NCBI GenBank assembly: GCA_009838525.1
Contig: VXRJ01000038.1
Coordinates: 10,654 to 74,653 of the forward strand
Reading direction: 5' to 3'
DNA length: 64,000 bases
DNA from: Acidobacteriota bacterium
Lineage (GTDB): Bacteria > Acidobacteriota > Vicinamibacteria > Vicinamibacterales > UBA8438
Shown: in pieces, positions 27,316 to 36,403 of the stretch
Numbering within the stretch: position 1 is the first letter of the stretch
How the letters are laid out: every line of letters begins with the position of its first letter
The notes under the pieces: model-generated
Database searches by the model: none
Seen by the model: only the letters and a program-made list of their open reading frames with translations
Told to the model about the DNA's origin: nothing
Position numbers and translations under genes: made by a program

Positions 27316-28494
27316 CTATGCGCCGGCGGAGCCGGTGACTTCCTCGACGGCCCGGTCGAGAACGACGTCCTCGTCCGGCAGGGGCTCTCCAAGCTCTGGC
27401 GGCGTGACCTGAACCGGCACGTCCGGTTGGAGGCCGAAGGGGTGGATGGCGTCGCCGGACGGGCGCACGTAGCGCGCCCAGGAGATCCACAGGCCCGCGC
27501 CGTCCGGCAGCCGGACCAGTCGTTGAAGGCTGGTCCGCCCGGAGGTCTGCTGGCCGACGGACGTCGCGCGATCCCGATCGAGCAGCGCTGCGGCGAAGAC
27601 CTCCGCCGGACCCGACGTTCCGTAATTGGTGAGAAGCGTCACGGGCAGGGCGATGGCTGCCGCGCCGTCGTTCCCGGCCTCGAGTGTCTCCTGCGCATCG
27701 CCCGGTTCCTCACGGATGGCGATGGCTCCGTCGGCGACGAACAGCCGTGCCGCTCCGACTGCGCCGTCGTACGTGCCTTCAGCCGTCCCGCGGATGTCCA
27801 CGATGAGGTGCGTGGCGCCGTTGCCCGCGAGCGCCGCCGCGGCATCGGCGATACCCGCCGCGGCGGCGTCGCCGAAGTCGGGAATCCGCAGGTAGCCGAT
27901 GCCCGCGCCCTCGTCGGCGAGCATGCGGCCGGCCGCGGCGGGGGCAGTCATCGCCTCACGGGTCAGCGTGATGTCATACGGTTCCTGCGTGCTGCCGCGG
28001 ATGAGGGACAGCGTCACTTCCGTGCCCGGCTCGCCCCGGAGCAGCCGCCGGCCCTCGATCGCCGAAAGGCGCCGCGTCGGCTCGCCGTCAATCGCGCGGA
28101 CGAAATCGCCCGGCAGGATGTTCGCCTCGGCCGCTGGCGAGTCCTCCAACGGGGCGATCACCTGCAGGTAGTAGCGGCGGGTTACTTCCAGACCGACCCG
28201 GCCGTCCGGCAGCGGCCCGCTCCGCTCGATCCGATCCGCATCCTCGGGGGCCAGATAGGCGCTGTCTGAATCGAGTCCCTCCGCCAGGCCCCGCAGGGCG
28301 CCGTCCATCACCTCGTCGAGGTTCACTTCCTCGACATAGTTGTTGGAGATGAGCGATACGACGTCTTCGAAAACACGGAGGTGGCGGTAGGTGTCCTCAC
28401 CGGCGGAGACACGTCCGAGGTAGCCGCCGATCAGCGTGAAGGCGACGACCGAAATGCCGGCCAGGAGGACGGTGATGCGGGTCTTGCTCGACAT
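27316..28494 (-). CDS. S41 (C-terminal processing peptidase) family homologue with PDZ domain; catalytic dyad apparently substituted
   Basis: N-terminal TM anchor, PDZ region (ILPGDFVRAIDGEPT) and S41 core. The region NYGTSGPAEVFAAALLDRDRATSVGQQTSGRT aligns without gaps to the Prc-type SASASEIFAAAMQDYGRALVVGEPTFGKG. Confidence 0.8.
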   Translation of the reverse strand: MSSKTRITVLLAGISVVAFTLIGGYLGRVSAGEDTYRHLRVFEDVVSLISNNYVEEVNLDEVMDGALRGLAEGLDSDSAYLAPEDADRIERSGPLPDGRVGLEVTRRYYLQVIAPLEDSPAAEANILPGDFVRAIDGEPTRRLSAIEGRRLLRGEPGTEVTLSLIRGSTQEPYDITLTREAMTAPAAAGRMLADEGAGIGYLRIPDFGDAAAAGIADAAAALAGNGATHLIVDIRGTAEGTYDGAVGAARLFVADGAIAIREEPGDAQETLEAGNDGAAAIALPVTLLTNYGTSGPAEVFAAALLDRDRATSVGQQTSGRTSLQRLVRLPDGAGLWISWARYVRPSGDAIHPFGLQPDVPVQVTPPELGEPLPDEDVVLDRAVEEVTGSAGA

Positions 28495-28626
28495 AATTCA
28501 GGATTCCGCGTGACGTGGGTGCAACGCCATCTTAACGGATCGGGCGGCGGGTGGACACTTCCGGCGGCCGGGACGTAGGCTGAGGGCGAGAGCGGTGACG
28601 TGGTGAACGCTGCCGGGCATCCTCCG

Positions 28627-29079
28627 ATGCGTATTCTGGGAATCGACTACGGCGAACGACGCATCGGGCTGGCCGTGAGCGACCCGACCGGGACGCTCGC
28701 CCGGCCGTTGCGGACGATCGCCCCCCGGGGCCCGGTGGGCAGGCGCGCCAGGGCGGTGGCAGGGGAAATTGCGGCGCTCGCGGCTGATTCCGACGGCCTC
28801 GAGAGCGTGGTGGTGGGCCTGCCGCGGCGCCTCGATGGCGCCGGCCACGAGCAGACGGCGCGCGTTCTCACGTTCGTCGACGCGCTTCGGCGGTCGGTCG
28901 ACCTGCCGGTCGCGTTGCAGGACGAACGACTCAGCAGCGTGGAGGCGGATGCGCGCCTGGCCGCGCGCGACCGCGCGTTTGTGCGCGAACGCGACTGGCG
29001 CCGCCGCAAGGCGCAGCTCGATGCCGCCGCGGCGGCCGTCATCCTGCAGGACTACCTCGACACGGAGGACGGCGCGTGA
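28627..29079 (+). CDS. ruvX: Holliday junction resolvase-like RuvX (YqgF)
   Basis: Start trimmed to MRILGIDYGERRIGLAVSD. The C-terminus ...AAAVILQDYLD is typical YqgF. The stop overlaps the mltG start. Confidence 0.85.
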   Translation: MRILGIDYGERRIGLAVSDPTGTLARPLRTIAPRGPVGRRARAVAGEIAALAADSDGLESVVVGLPRRLDGAGHEQTARVLTFVDALRRSVDLPVALQDERLSSVEADARLAARDRAFVRERDWRRRKAQLDAAAAAVILQDYLDTEDGA

Positions 29080-30131
29080 TGTGGCGTCTGCTACGGCGTC
29101 TGCTGATCGCCAGCGTCTGCCTGGCGCTGCTCGCGGCGGCGGGCGGGTACTACGCGTGGCAGGAGTTCGAGAGCCGCCTGGCGACCCCCCACGCGGGCGT
29201 GCCGGACGGTGGCGTTTTCGTCGACGTCGTCCCGGGTCAGGGGGCGCGGGAGATCGCGGCACGGCTTGTGGAGGCCGGGGTCGTGGCGGATGGGCTGACG
29301 TTCCGCGCCGCGCTCTGGCGTAGCGGCCGCGACCGCGAACTGCAGGCGGGGGAGTACTTCTTCGCCGCGCCGATCGCGCCCCTCGATGTCGTCGCCACGA
29401 TCGCCGACGGCCGGGTCTTCCTTCGGCCGATCACGTTTCCCGAAGGCTTGACGCTGCCGGAAATGGCGGCGGTTTTCGGGGCGTCCGGCTTCGGCGAGGC
29501 GGCGGCGTTCCTCGAGGCGGCCTCGGACCCGTCGCTGGTTGCCGATCTCGATCCTGACGCTGCCGATCTGGAGGGCTATCTCTTTCCCGAGACGTACTCG
29601 CTGCCGCGGGACGGAACCGCCCGCGATCTCGTGGAGGCGATGGTGGCGCAGTTCCGGGCGTCGTTCGATCCCGAGTTGCGCGCGCGCGCGGCCGAGCGCG
29701 GCCTGACGGTGCGCGAGGTGGTGACGCTGGCCTCGGTTATTCAGAAGGAAACCGGGCAGGCGGCCGAGCATGAACTGGTCTCGGCCGTATTCAACAACCG
29801 CCTCCGGATCGGCATGCCGCTTCAGAGCGATCCGACGGTCATCTACGCACTGACGCTGGCCGGTGTCTACGACGGGAACCTGACCCGCGACAATCTGCAG
29901 TTCGATTCCCCCTACAACACGTACCGTTACGGGGGGCTGCCGCCGGGTCCGATCGCCGCGCCGGGCCTCGCCGTGCTGCACGCCACGCTCGCGCCGGCCG
30001 ATGCGGACTACCTTTACTTCGTCAGCCGCAATGACGGAACGCACGCCTTCGCCCGCACCCTGCGCGAACACAACCGCAACGTGAGGGAGTTCCAGGTGGA
30101 GTACTTCCGGCGCCGCCGCGCCGGCGCCTGA
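29076..30131 (+). CDS. mltG: endolytic transglycosylase MltG (YceG-like)
   Basis: N-terminal TM helix. YceG motifs ...FPEGLTLPEMA..., ...ASVIQKETG..., ...LQSDPTVIY..., ...SPYNTYRYGGLPPGPIAAPG. Confidence 0.9.
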   Translation: MMWRLLRRLLIASVCLALLAAAGGYYAWQEFESRLATPHAGVPDGGVFVDVVPGQGAREIAARLVEAGVVADGLTFRAALWRSGRDRELQAGEYFFAAPIAPLDVVATIADGRVFLRPITFPEGLTLPEMAAVFGASGFGEAAAFLEAASDPSLVADLDPDAADLEGYLFPETYSLPRDGTARDLVEAMVAQFRASFDPELRARAAERGLTVREVVTLASVIQKETGQAAEHELVSAVFNNRLRIGMPLQSDPTVIYALTLAGVYDGNLTRDNLQFDSPYNTYRYGGLPPGPIAAPGLAVLHATLAPADADYLYFVSRNDGTHAFARTLREHNRNVREFQVEYFRRRRAGA

Positions 30132-30132
30132 G

Positions 30133-30194
30133 GGTGCGCCGGTTGGTATGCCGGCCTGGAGGCCGGCGCACCAGGCCGGCGCACCAGGCCGGCA
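30133..30194. repeat. GC-rich palindromic (REP-like) element, copy 1, with a 13-nt tandem repeat
   Basis: GGTGCGCCGG-TTGGTA-TGCCGGCC-TGGA-GGCCGGCG-CACC, followed by AGGCCGGCGCACC repeated about 2.7 times. It fills the gap between the convergent mltG and yeiH-like stops. The 20-nt core TGCCGGCCTGGAGGCCGGCG recurs at 58958-58977. Confidence 0.6.
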
Positions 30195-30218
30195 GTCCTA
30201 CCGCCGCCGGCGAGCCCG

Positions 30219-31655
30219 CTACTTCTCCAGCTCGGCCGACCGCGTCTGCCAGCCGTCCACTTCCGTATAGAACAGCCCCGTCGCATCGCGCCCGGCGTCG
30301 AGGTTCGCTTCGATGGCGGTGGCCGTTCCGCCCGTGGCGCCGCTGTCCGAGTCCGCCACCATCGGCCGATCGAACAGGATCCCGCCGAACGCGAGGTACG
30401 CCGCGAGCAGCGTCAAGACGACGTTGAACGCCTGACCCGTCACGTAGAGCTTGAGGGGCCGGCTGCCCCCGGCGCGACGCGCCAGCTCGCGAAAGCTGGA
30501 CTCGAGCCCGATGCTGACGAAAGCCAGGCAGAAGAGCCAGCCGCGCAGGTCGGAGGTGAGGTCGAGCACGGTGCTGACGCGCGCATCCCCGAGCGACGGC
30601 GTGAGGACGAAAGAGAAGATGAGCGACGCCGCGACGAAGCCGATGATGAACTTCGGCAGGCGGTGCCAAATCTCCATCGCGTCGGGCTTGCGCGTGCCGT
30701 TCGCTTCGATGCGCGTCACCCAGAAGACCGCCACCAGGAACGCGACGACGCCGATCAGCGTGTTCTGAATCATCTTGACGACGGCCGCAATCTGTTCCGC
30801 CTGCTCGCCCAGGAGCGCGCCCGCGGCGACGACGGCGCCCGTCGCATCGACCGTGCCGCCGATCCAGGCGGCGCCCACCACCGGATCCATGCCGGCGGCC
30901 CGGATGCCGAGCGGCATGAGTACCATCATCGCCACCGTGAAGATGAGCGACATGCCGACGGCCAGGGTCAGTTCCTGCTTGTGGGCCCGCACGGCGGCGG
31001 CGACCGCGATGGCGGCCGACACGCCGCACACCGATGCCGCCGCCGCGATGATGATGACCAGCGACCGGCTTGCCATGCCGAGGACGCGGGTCCCGAACTG
31101 GTACATGAAGATGATGACGACCGGCGTGACGAACCACGCGACGAACAGCCCCGGCAACCCCAGGTTCAGGATGTTGCCGAACAGCACCTCGGCGCCCAGC
31201 AGCACCAGGCCGGTCTTGATATAGAGCTCGCTCCGGATCGCGGGCCAAAGCCACGATGGCGTGCCGATGGTGTTGGCTATCGCGAGGCCGATGAGCAGCG
31301 CCCAGAAGGCATAGCCGAAGCCCGCCGCCCGGATGCCCGTCTGACTGGCCAGCGTGTAGGCAACCAGTGCGAGCACGAACAGCGGCACGAACGCGGCCGC
31401 CTGCCGGGCGCCGTCGCCGGACATCACCTGCACCGCCGCCGCAGTGAGCGCCGCGAGGCCCAGGCCCAGGGCGAGCAGCCCCCATTCACGTCCCAGAAAC
31501 GCCTCGAATGGGAGTGTGCTCCAGCGGCCGACGCCGGGAACGAAGGCGATCAGGCCACCTGCCGTCGCGGCGAGCAGCAGGCCGGCCATCCAGACCGCCC
31601 ACCAGTCTTCGGAAGCTACGAGGGGGTTCCGCGGCGGCAGGGAGCTGTCAGCCAT
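30219..31655 (-). CDS. YeiH/PSE-family putative sulfate exporter-type membrane protein
   Basis: 478 aa and polytopic. ...SELYIKTGLVLLGAEV..., ...AAAASVCGVSAAIA... and ...MIQNTLIGVVAF... resemble UPF0324/YeiH proteins. It has a soluble C-terminal tail. Confidence 0.7.
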   Translation of the reverse strand: MADSSLPPRNPLVASEDWWAVWMAGLLLAATAGGLIAFVPGVGRWSTLPFEAFLGREWGLLALGLGLAALTAAAVQVMSGDGARQAAAFVPLFVLALVAYTLASQTGIRAAGFGYAFWALLIGLAIANTIGTPSWLWPAIRSELYIKTGLVLLGAEVLFGNILNLGLPGLFVAWFVTPVVIIFMYQFGTRVLGMASRSLVIIIAAAASVCGVSAAIAVAAAVRAHKQELTLAVGMSLIFTVAMMVLMPLGIRAAGMDPVVGAAWIGGTVDATGAVVAAGALLGEQAEQIAAVVKMIQNTLIGVVAFLVAVFWVTRIEANGTRKPDAMEIWHRLPKFIIGFVAASLIFSFVLTPSLGDARVSTVLDLTSDLRGWLFCLAFVSIGLESSFRELARRAGGSRPLKLYVTGQAFNVVLTLLAAYLAFGGILFDRPMVADSDSGATGGTATAIEANLDAGRDATGLFYTEVDGWQTRSAELEK

Positions 31656-31674
31656 GGTGTCGTTTATGGGTCGC

Positions 31675-31680
31675 TATAAT
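31675..31680 (+). promoter_or_regulatory. candidate -10 box (TATAAT) for the acylase gene
   Basis: A perfect TATAAT lies 35 nt upstream of ATG 31716. GGGAGGAG at 31702-31709 serves as the SD. No good -35 element was seen. Confidence 0.3.
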
Positions 31681-31715
31681 GCCGGAAATCCCGCGGCAGT
31701 TGGGAGGAGCGCATT

Positions 31716-34214
31716 ATGGCACGGTCCTTGAAGACTCGGTTCGCGGCCGGTTCGGCTCTGGTTTGCGTCCTGCTGCTGACCGGCGGCGGAAGGCATTTCG
31801 GCGCTCCGGCGGCGGCGCAGGACGCCGCGACCGAAACGCTCCGACCCCCCGGTCTCCAGGCGCCGGTCGAGATAATCACCGACCGGTGGGGCATCTCGCA
31901 CATCTACGCGGAGAACGAGCATGATCTCTTCTTCGCACAGGGCTATGCGGCGGCGCGCGACCGGCTCTTCCAGTTCGAGCTGTGGCGGCGGCAGGCGACC
32001 GGCACGGTGGCCGAGATTCTCGGCCCGCGCGAGCTCGAACGCGACATCGGCGCCCGGCTGTTCCAGTTCCGGGGCGACATGACGACCGAGATGCGCCACT
32101 ACCATGACCGTGGCGACACGATCATCCCGGCGTTCGTCGACGGCATCAACGCCTACATCGCCCGGACCGAACAGGAGCCGGACCTGCTCCCCATCGAGTT
32201 CCGGCTGCTCGGCATCACCCCGGGGCGGTGGACGCCGGAAGTAGTGGTCTCGCGCCATCAGGGGCTGGTCGCCAACGTGACGTCGGAGATCGACCGCGCG
32301 CGGGCTGTCGCGGAACTGGGGCCCGACGCCGTGAAGGAGCTGAACTACTTCATTGGCGATCCGGACCTGACGCTCGATCCGGCCATCGATGCCTCGCTTC
32401 TGTCGGATGCGATCCTCGACCGCTACCGCGCCCACCGTCGCGCCGTCCGCTTCGAGCCGGAGGACATCACGGTCGCCCACCGGGGCGATCGCGAGACGTT
32501 CGAGCGGCTGGCGGCGGCGATGCCGTCCGAGCTGGATCTCCGGGGGCAGGAGCAGGACGCCATCGGCAGCAACAACTGGGTGGTGCACGGAACGCGGACG
32601 CTGAGCGGTTATCCGATCATGGCGAACGATCCCCATCGCGCGCAGTCGGCGCCGTCGCTCCGCTACTGGGTCCACCTCGTAGCGCCCGGCTGGAACGTCA
32701 TCGGCGGCGGCGAGCCGGTGTTGCCCGGCGTCTCGATCGGCCACAACGAGCATGGCGCCTGGGGACTGACGGTCTTCGGCCAGGACAACGAGGATCTGTA
32801 CGTCTACGAGACGAACCCGGCCAACCCGAATCAGTACCGCTATCTCGGCGGCTGGGAGTCGATGACGGTCAGGACCGACACGATCCCGGTCAAGGGGCAG
32901 GCGGACGCGGAGGTAGAGCTGAAGTACACGCGTCACGGCCCGGTCGTCCACGAAGACACCGCGAACAACGTCGCCTACGCCGTCCGGGCGGCATGGCTCG
33001 ACTACGGCTCGGCGCCCTACCTGGCGAGCCTTCGGATGGACCAGGCGACCACCTGGGAGGAGTTCGTCGAGGCGTGCAACTACAGCCGGATCCCGTCGGA
33101 GAACATGGTCTGGGCCGACCGGGCCGGCAACATCGGCTACCAGGCGGTCGGCGTGTCGCCGATCCGGCCGAACCACAGCGGGCTGGTGCCGGTGCCAGGC
33201 GACGGGCGCTACGAATGGGACGGCTTCCTGCCGATCAAGGCCCTTCCGAGCGTCCACAACCCGGACAAGGGGTACTTCGGCACCGCGAACAACTACGTGC
33301 TGCTCGACAACCCGGCGACGTACCCCCACTGGGAGGCGCTCCACTACACCTGGGGCGATCAGATGCGCGCCGCGCGCGTCGAGGAGGTCCTGGCCAACGC
33401 GCGGCACATGACCGTCATCGACAACATGCGCCTCCAGATGGACGAGGTGTCGGTAGCCGCGCGCAACCTGGTGCCGCTGCTGCGCGACGTCCCGGGGCTG
33501 GATGATCGTTCCGCCCGCGCCCGCGACATGCTGCTCAACTGGGACGCCGTACTCGACCGGGATTCCGTCGAAGCGGCGATCTACGTGAGCTGGAACCGCG
33601 CGCTGCGCGCCGCCGTCCGCGACGTGGTCGTACCGGAATCGGTGCGCGACTCCATCGGCGGCATCAACACGAAGCGGATGATCGACTGGCTGACGGCGCC
33701 CGATGGCCGCTTCGGCGACGATCCCATCGCCGGCCGCGACCGGGTGCTGCGCGACACGCTGGCGGCGTCGCTCGACAGCCTCGAGGAGCGCTTCGGCACC
33801 ACCGAGACGACGACGTGGCGCTACGGCGGCGAGCGGTTCAAGCACGCCCTGATCCGCCACCCCATGAGCGCCGCGGTGAACGAAGACCTGCGCCGCCGCC
33901 TCGACGTCGGCCCACTGCCGCGCGGCGGTTACGGCGGAACCGTCCACAACACCGGCAACGGCGACAACCAGACCTCCGGCGGGTCGTTCATGCTCATCGC
34001 GGACACCGCCGACTGGGACAACTCGGTGGGTCTGAACACGCCCGGCCAGTCGGGTGATCCGGACAACCCCCACTACCGCGACCTGTTCGAGGTCTGGGCA
34101 CGGGATCGCTATGTCCCTATCTTCTATTCCCGCGAGAAGATCGACAGTGTCACGGAGTCGGTCACCCACCTGCAGCCGGCCGGCGCGCCGACGTCCGGAG
34201 TGGACGGACAGTAA
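31716..34214 (+). CDS. penicillin/AHL acylase family protein (Ntn hydrolase, S45)
   Basis: Signal peptide. Alpha-subunit motifs (WGISHIYAENEHDLFFAQGYAAARDRLFQ). Autoprocessing site ...GSNNWVVHG, with Ser as the beta-chain N-terminal nucleophile. Confidence 0.85.
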   Translation: MARSLKTRFAAGSALVCVLLLTGGGRHFGAPAAAQDAATETLRPPGLQAPVEIITDRWGISHIYAENEHDLFFAQGYAAARDRLFQFELWRRQATGTVAEILGPRELERDIGARLFQFRGDMTTEMRHYHDRGDTIIPAFVDGINAYIARTEQEPDLLPIEFRLLGITPGRWTPEVVVSRHQGLVANVTSEIDRARAVAELGPDAVKELNYFIGDPDLTLDPAIDASLLSDAILDRYRAHRRAVRFEPEDITVAHRGDRETFERLAAAMPSELDLRGQEQDAIGSNNWVVHGTRTLSGYPIMANDPHRAQSAPSLRYWVHLVAPGWNVIGGGEPVLPGVSIGHNEHGAWGLTVFGQDNEDLYVYETNPANPNQYRYLGGWESMTVRTDTIPVKGQADAEVELKYTRHGPVVHEDTANNVAYAVRAAWLDYGSAPYLASLRMDQATTWEEFVEACNYSRIPSENMVWADRAGNIGYQAVGVSPIRPNHSGLVPVPGDGRYEWDGFLPIKALPSVHNPDKGYFGTANNYVLLDNPATYPHWEALHYTWGDQMRAARVEEVLANARHMTVIDNMRLQMDEVSVAARNLVPLLRDVPGLDDRSARARDMLLNWDAVLDRDSVEAAIYVSWNRALRAAVRDVVVPESVRDSIGGINTKRMIDWLTAPDGRFGDDPIAGRDRVLRDTLAASLDSLEERFGTTETTTWRYGGERFKHALIRHPMSAAVNEDLRRRLDVGPLPRGGYGGTVHNTGNGDNQTSGGSFMLIADTADWDNSVGLNTPGQSGDPDNPHYRDLFEVWARDRYVPIFYSREKIDSVTESVTHLQPAGAPTSGVDGQ

Positions 34215-34367
34215 TCTATACTCCTACCGGGACTTGACCGAAACTACTCCGGTAGTTGCTTCTGGTGCGCTCGGTTGGGGGCGGTTCGACCAGACTTGCA
34301 CGGCAGACAGGCATTCGGTGTGAATCAAACAGCCGTAGGGCGTCATGAGCGTTCTGGCGGGGGCCTG

Positions 34368-35537
34368 ATGGTTCCGTCGGCTTTCGCAGACGGCTACGAG
34401 AGGGCCCGCCTGATCGACTCGGAGCTCGCTGATCGGTACGTGGCCCACCTGTGGATTGGCGATCCGTTGGCCGACGCCGCGATGCGGGACGTTGGAGGAC
34501 TGGACGGCAGGGAAACGGCGCGGCTGATCGGGGGGGCGATCGAGTTGGATGAGCGCGTCCTCCGCGATGCGCCCCAGAGCCTGCAAGACCTGATCCATGA
34601 AGTGACCACGGTTCCAGCGTGGTACGACCCCTTGGCCGGCCAGCGCGGGTGCAGCGCTTTCCTCAGGAACTCGGATCACGTCCTGGCGGCTTTTGTGGCA
34701 GGCGCCATCGTGGAGGGTTTTGCCACGATGATCAGCAAGTCCTTCGCCATAACCGGACGGTTGATCGACGATGGCGTCCGCCGCCTGAAGCAGAACATCC
34801 GGCACCTGCTGGACATTTTCATGCCGGGCGGGGTCGAGCCGTCCGGTGACGGCTGGAAGCTCACGATGCGCATCCGCATGGTGCATGCGCGCGTGCGGTT
34901 GTTGTTTCGGGATGCCGAGGAATGGGATTACGACGCCTGGGGAACGCCGATCAGCGCGGCGCACACGACTCTGGCAGCGGCGGCCTTCTCCGCTCGCATG
35001 ATCCAGTTCGCGGAGCTGCTCGGGGCGTCGCTGGACGACGACGACCGCGCCGGGATCATGGAAGTCTGGTCCTACACCGCGTGGGTGATGGGCGCCCCCG
35101 AGGCGATTCTCTTCCACAATCAGGCCGACGGACTGCACCTGCACCGCGTGGGCGCTACGTGCGAGCCTCAGCCCGACTTCGATGCCATTGCGCTGGCGCA
35201 TTGCATTGTCAACAGCGCTCCCGTCGTCGTCGGCGTCCGTGATCCCGACAAGCGTCAGGCGGCGGCGCAGTACATCTTTCGTGTGTCTCGTGAACTCGTC
35301 GGCGACGCACGGGCGGAGACGTTGCGTTTTCCGGCGCGACCAAGGATGCCGCTGCTGCCGTGGTTGAGAACGAAGGTCCGGTTGCAACGCGCCATGGGAA
35401 AGCTCTTGCCGGCCTGGGGCAAGGCGAGAAGCAGGCGCACCTTCCTGCACGTTCTCGATCTGGCCGACCTCGGTGAGGGTAGATTCTCCTATCACCTTCC
35501 GGACGAAGTTCAGTCGGACCGATCGAGCCGATGGTGA
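34368..35537 (+). CDS. DUF2236 / MpaB-family oxygenase-like protein
   Basis: Start trimmed to ATG 34368 (MVPSAFADGYERARL). ...PAWYDPLAGQRGCSAF... and ...MRIRMVHARVRLL... are typical of the ER-bound-oxygenase MpaB/Lcp-type domain. Assignment is from memory. Confidence 0.6.
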   Translation: MVPSAFADGYERARLIDSELADRYVAHLWIGDPLADAAMRDVGGLDGRETARLIGGAIELDERVLRDAPQSLQDLIHEVTTVPAWYDPLAGQRGCSAFLRNSDHVLAAFVAGAIVEGFATMISKSFAITGRLIDDGVRRLKQNIRHLLDIFMPGGVEPSGDGWKLTMRIRMVHARVRLLFRDAEEWDYDAWGTPISAAHTTLAAAAFSARMIQFAELLGASLDDDDRAGIMEVWSYTAWVMGAPEAILFHNQADGLHLHRVGATCEPQPDFDAIALAHCIVNSAPVVVGVRDPDKRQAAAQYIFRVSRELVGDARAETLRFPARPRMPLLPWLRTKVRLQRAMGKLLPAWGKARSRRTFLHVLDLADLGEGRFSYHLPDEVQSDRSSRW

Positions 35538-35572
35538 GCGAGGATCGGAACACCAAACGGGAGGAGTCGTCG

Positions 35573-36403
35573 ATGTCTGCAAGTAACCGATCTCGGCGTG
35601 TGTTGCCCCGTTCCTCGCTTTGTCTGCTGCTGACCGTCGTGGCGTGGCATGGCGGGTTGGCGCCCACAAGCGCCCGGGCCCAGACGCCGGAAGAGACGGG
35701 ACTCGCCATCGCCGAGGATGCGCGGGCGCGGGAGGAGGGGTTCGGCGACTTCACGGCCACCCAGGTCATGGTGTTGCGCAACCGGCAGGGCCAGGAGAGC
35801 CGGCGCGAGTTGCGGGTGCAGGTTCTCGAGGTGTCCGACGACGGGGACAAGAGCCTGTTCGTGTTCGACAATCCCGGCGACGTCAGGGGAACCGCGTTTC
35901 TCGTTCACGCGCATCGCGAGGATGCGGACGATCAGTGGATCTATCTTCCTGCCCTGAGACGCGTGAAGCGCATCAATTCCGCTAACCGGTCCGGGTCATT
36001 CATGGGCAGCGAGTTCGCGTACGAAGACATGACGCCGCCGGAAGTCGAGAAATTCACCTACCGATACCTGCGAGACGAGCCGTGCGGCGACGCGAGTTGC
36101 ACCGTCACGGAGCGCGTTCCGGTGGACCAGCGGTCCAACTATCGCCGCCAGGTCGTCTGGCGTGACAAGGACGAGCTTCGGACCCGCAAGGTGGAGTACT
36201 ACGACCGCAAGGACGATCACCTGAAGACGCTCACCCTCTCGGACTACACGCAGCATGCGGATCGTTACTGGCGGGCGGGCGAGATGGAGATGGTGAATCA
36301 CCTTACGGGCAAGAGCACGGTGCTCACCTGGACCGACTACCAGTTCCAGACCGGCCTCGAGGACAGCGATTTCACGCAAACGAGCCTGCGAAGAGCGCGG
36401 TGA
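35573..36403 (+). CDS. LolA-like outer-membrane lipoprotein-sorting protein
   Basis: Signal MSASNRSRRVLPRSSLCLLLTVVAWHGGLAPTSARAQ. ...DKSLFVFDNPGDVRGTAFLV...WIYLPALRRVKRI...GSFMGSEFAYEDM is the LolA_like family pattern seen next to COG1033-type RND genes. Confidence 0.7.
   Translation: MSASNRSRRVLPRSSLCLLLTVVAWHGGLAPTSARAQTPEETGLAIAEDARAREEGFGDFTATQVMVLRNRQGQESRRELRVQVLEVSDDGDKSLFVFDNPGDVRGTAFLVHAHREDADDQWIYLPALRRVKRINSANRSGSFMGSEFAYEDMTPPEVEKFTYRYLRDEPCGDASCTVTERVPVDQRSNYRRQVVWRDKDELRTRKVEYYDRKDDHLKTLTLSDYTQHADRYWRAGEMEMVNHLTGKSTVLTWTDYQFQTGLEDSDFTQTSLRRAR

Noticed and set aside
30160-30194. A 13-nt tandem repeat (AGGCCGGCGCACC x about 2.7), considered as a possible mini-CRISPR or other array.
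   Set aside because: There are no spacers, the units are directly adjacent, and only about 3 units are present. It is part of the REP-like palindromic element instead. No CRISPR array is visible anywhere in the window.
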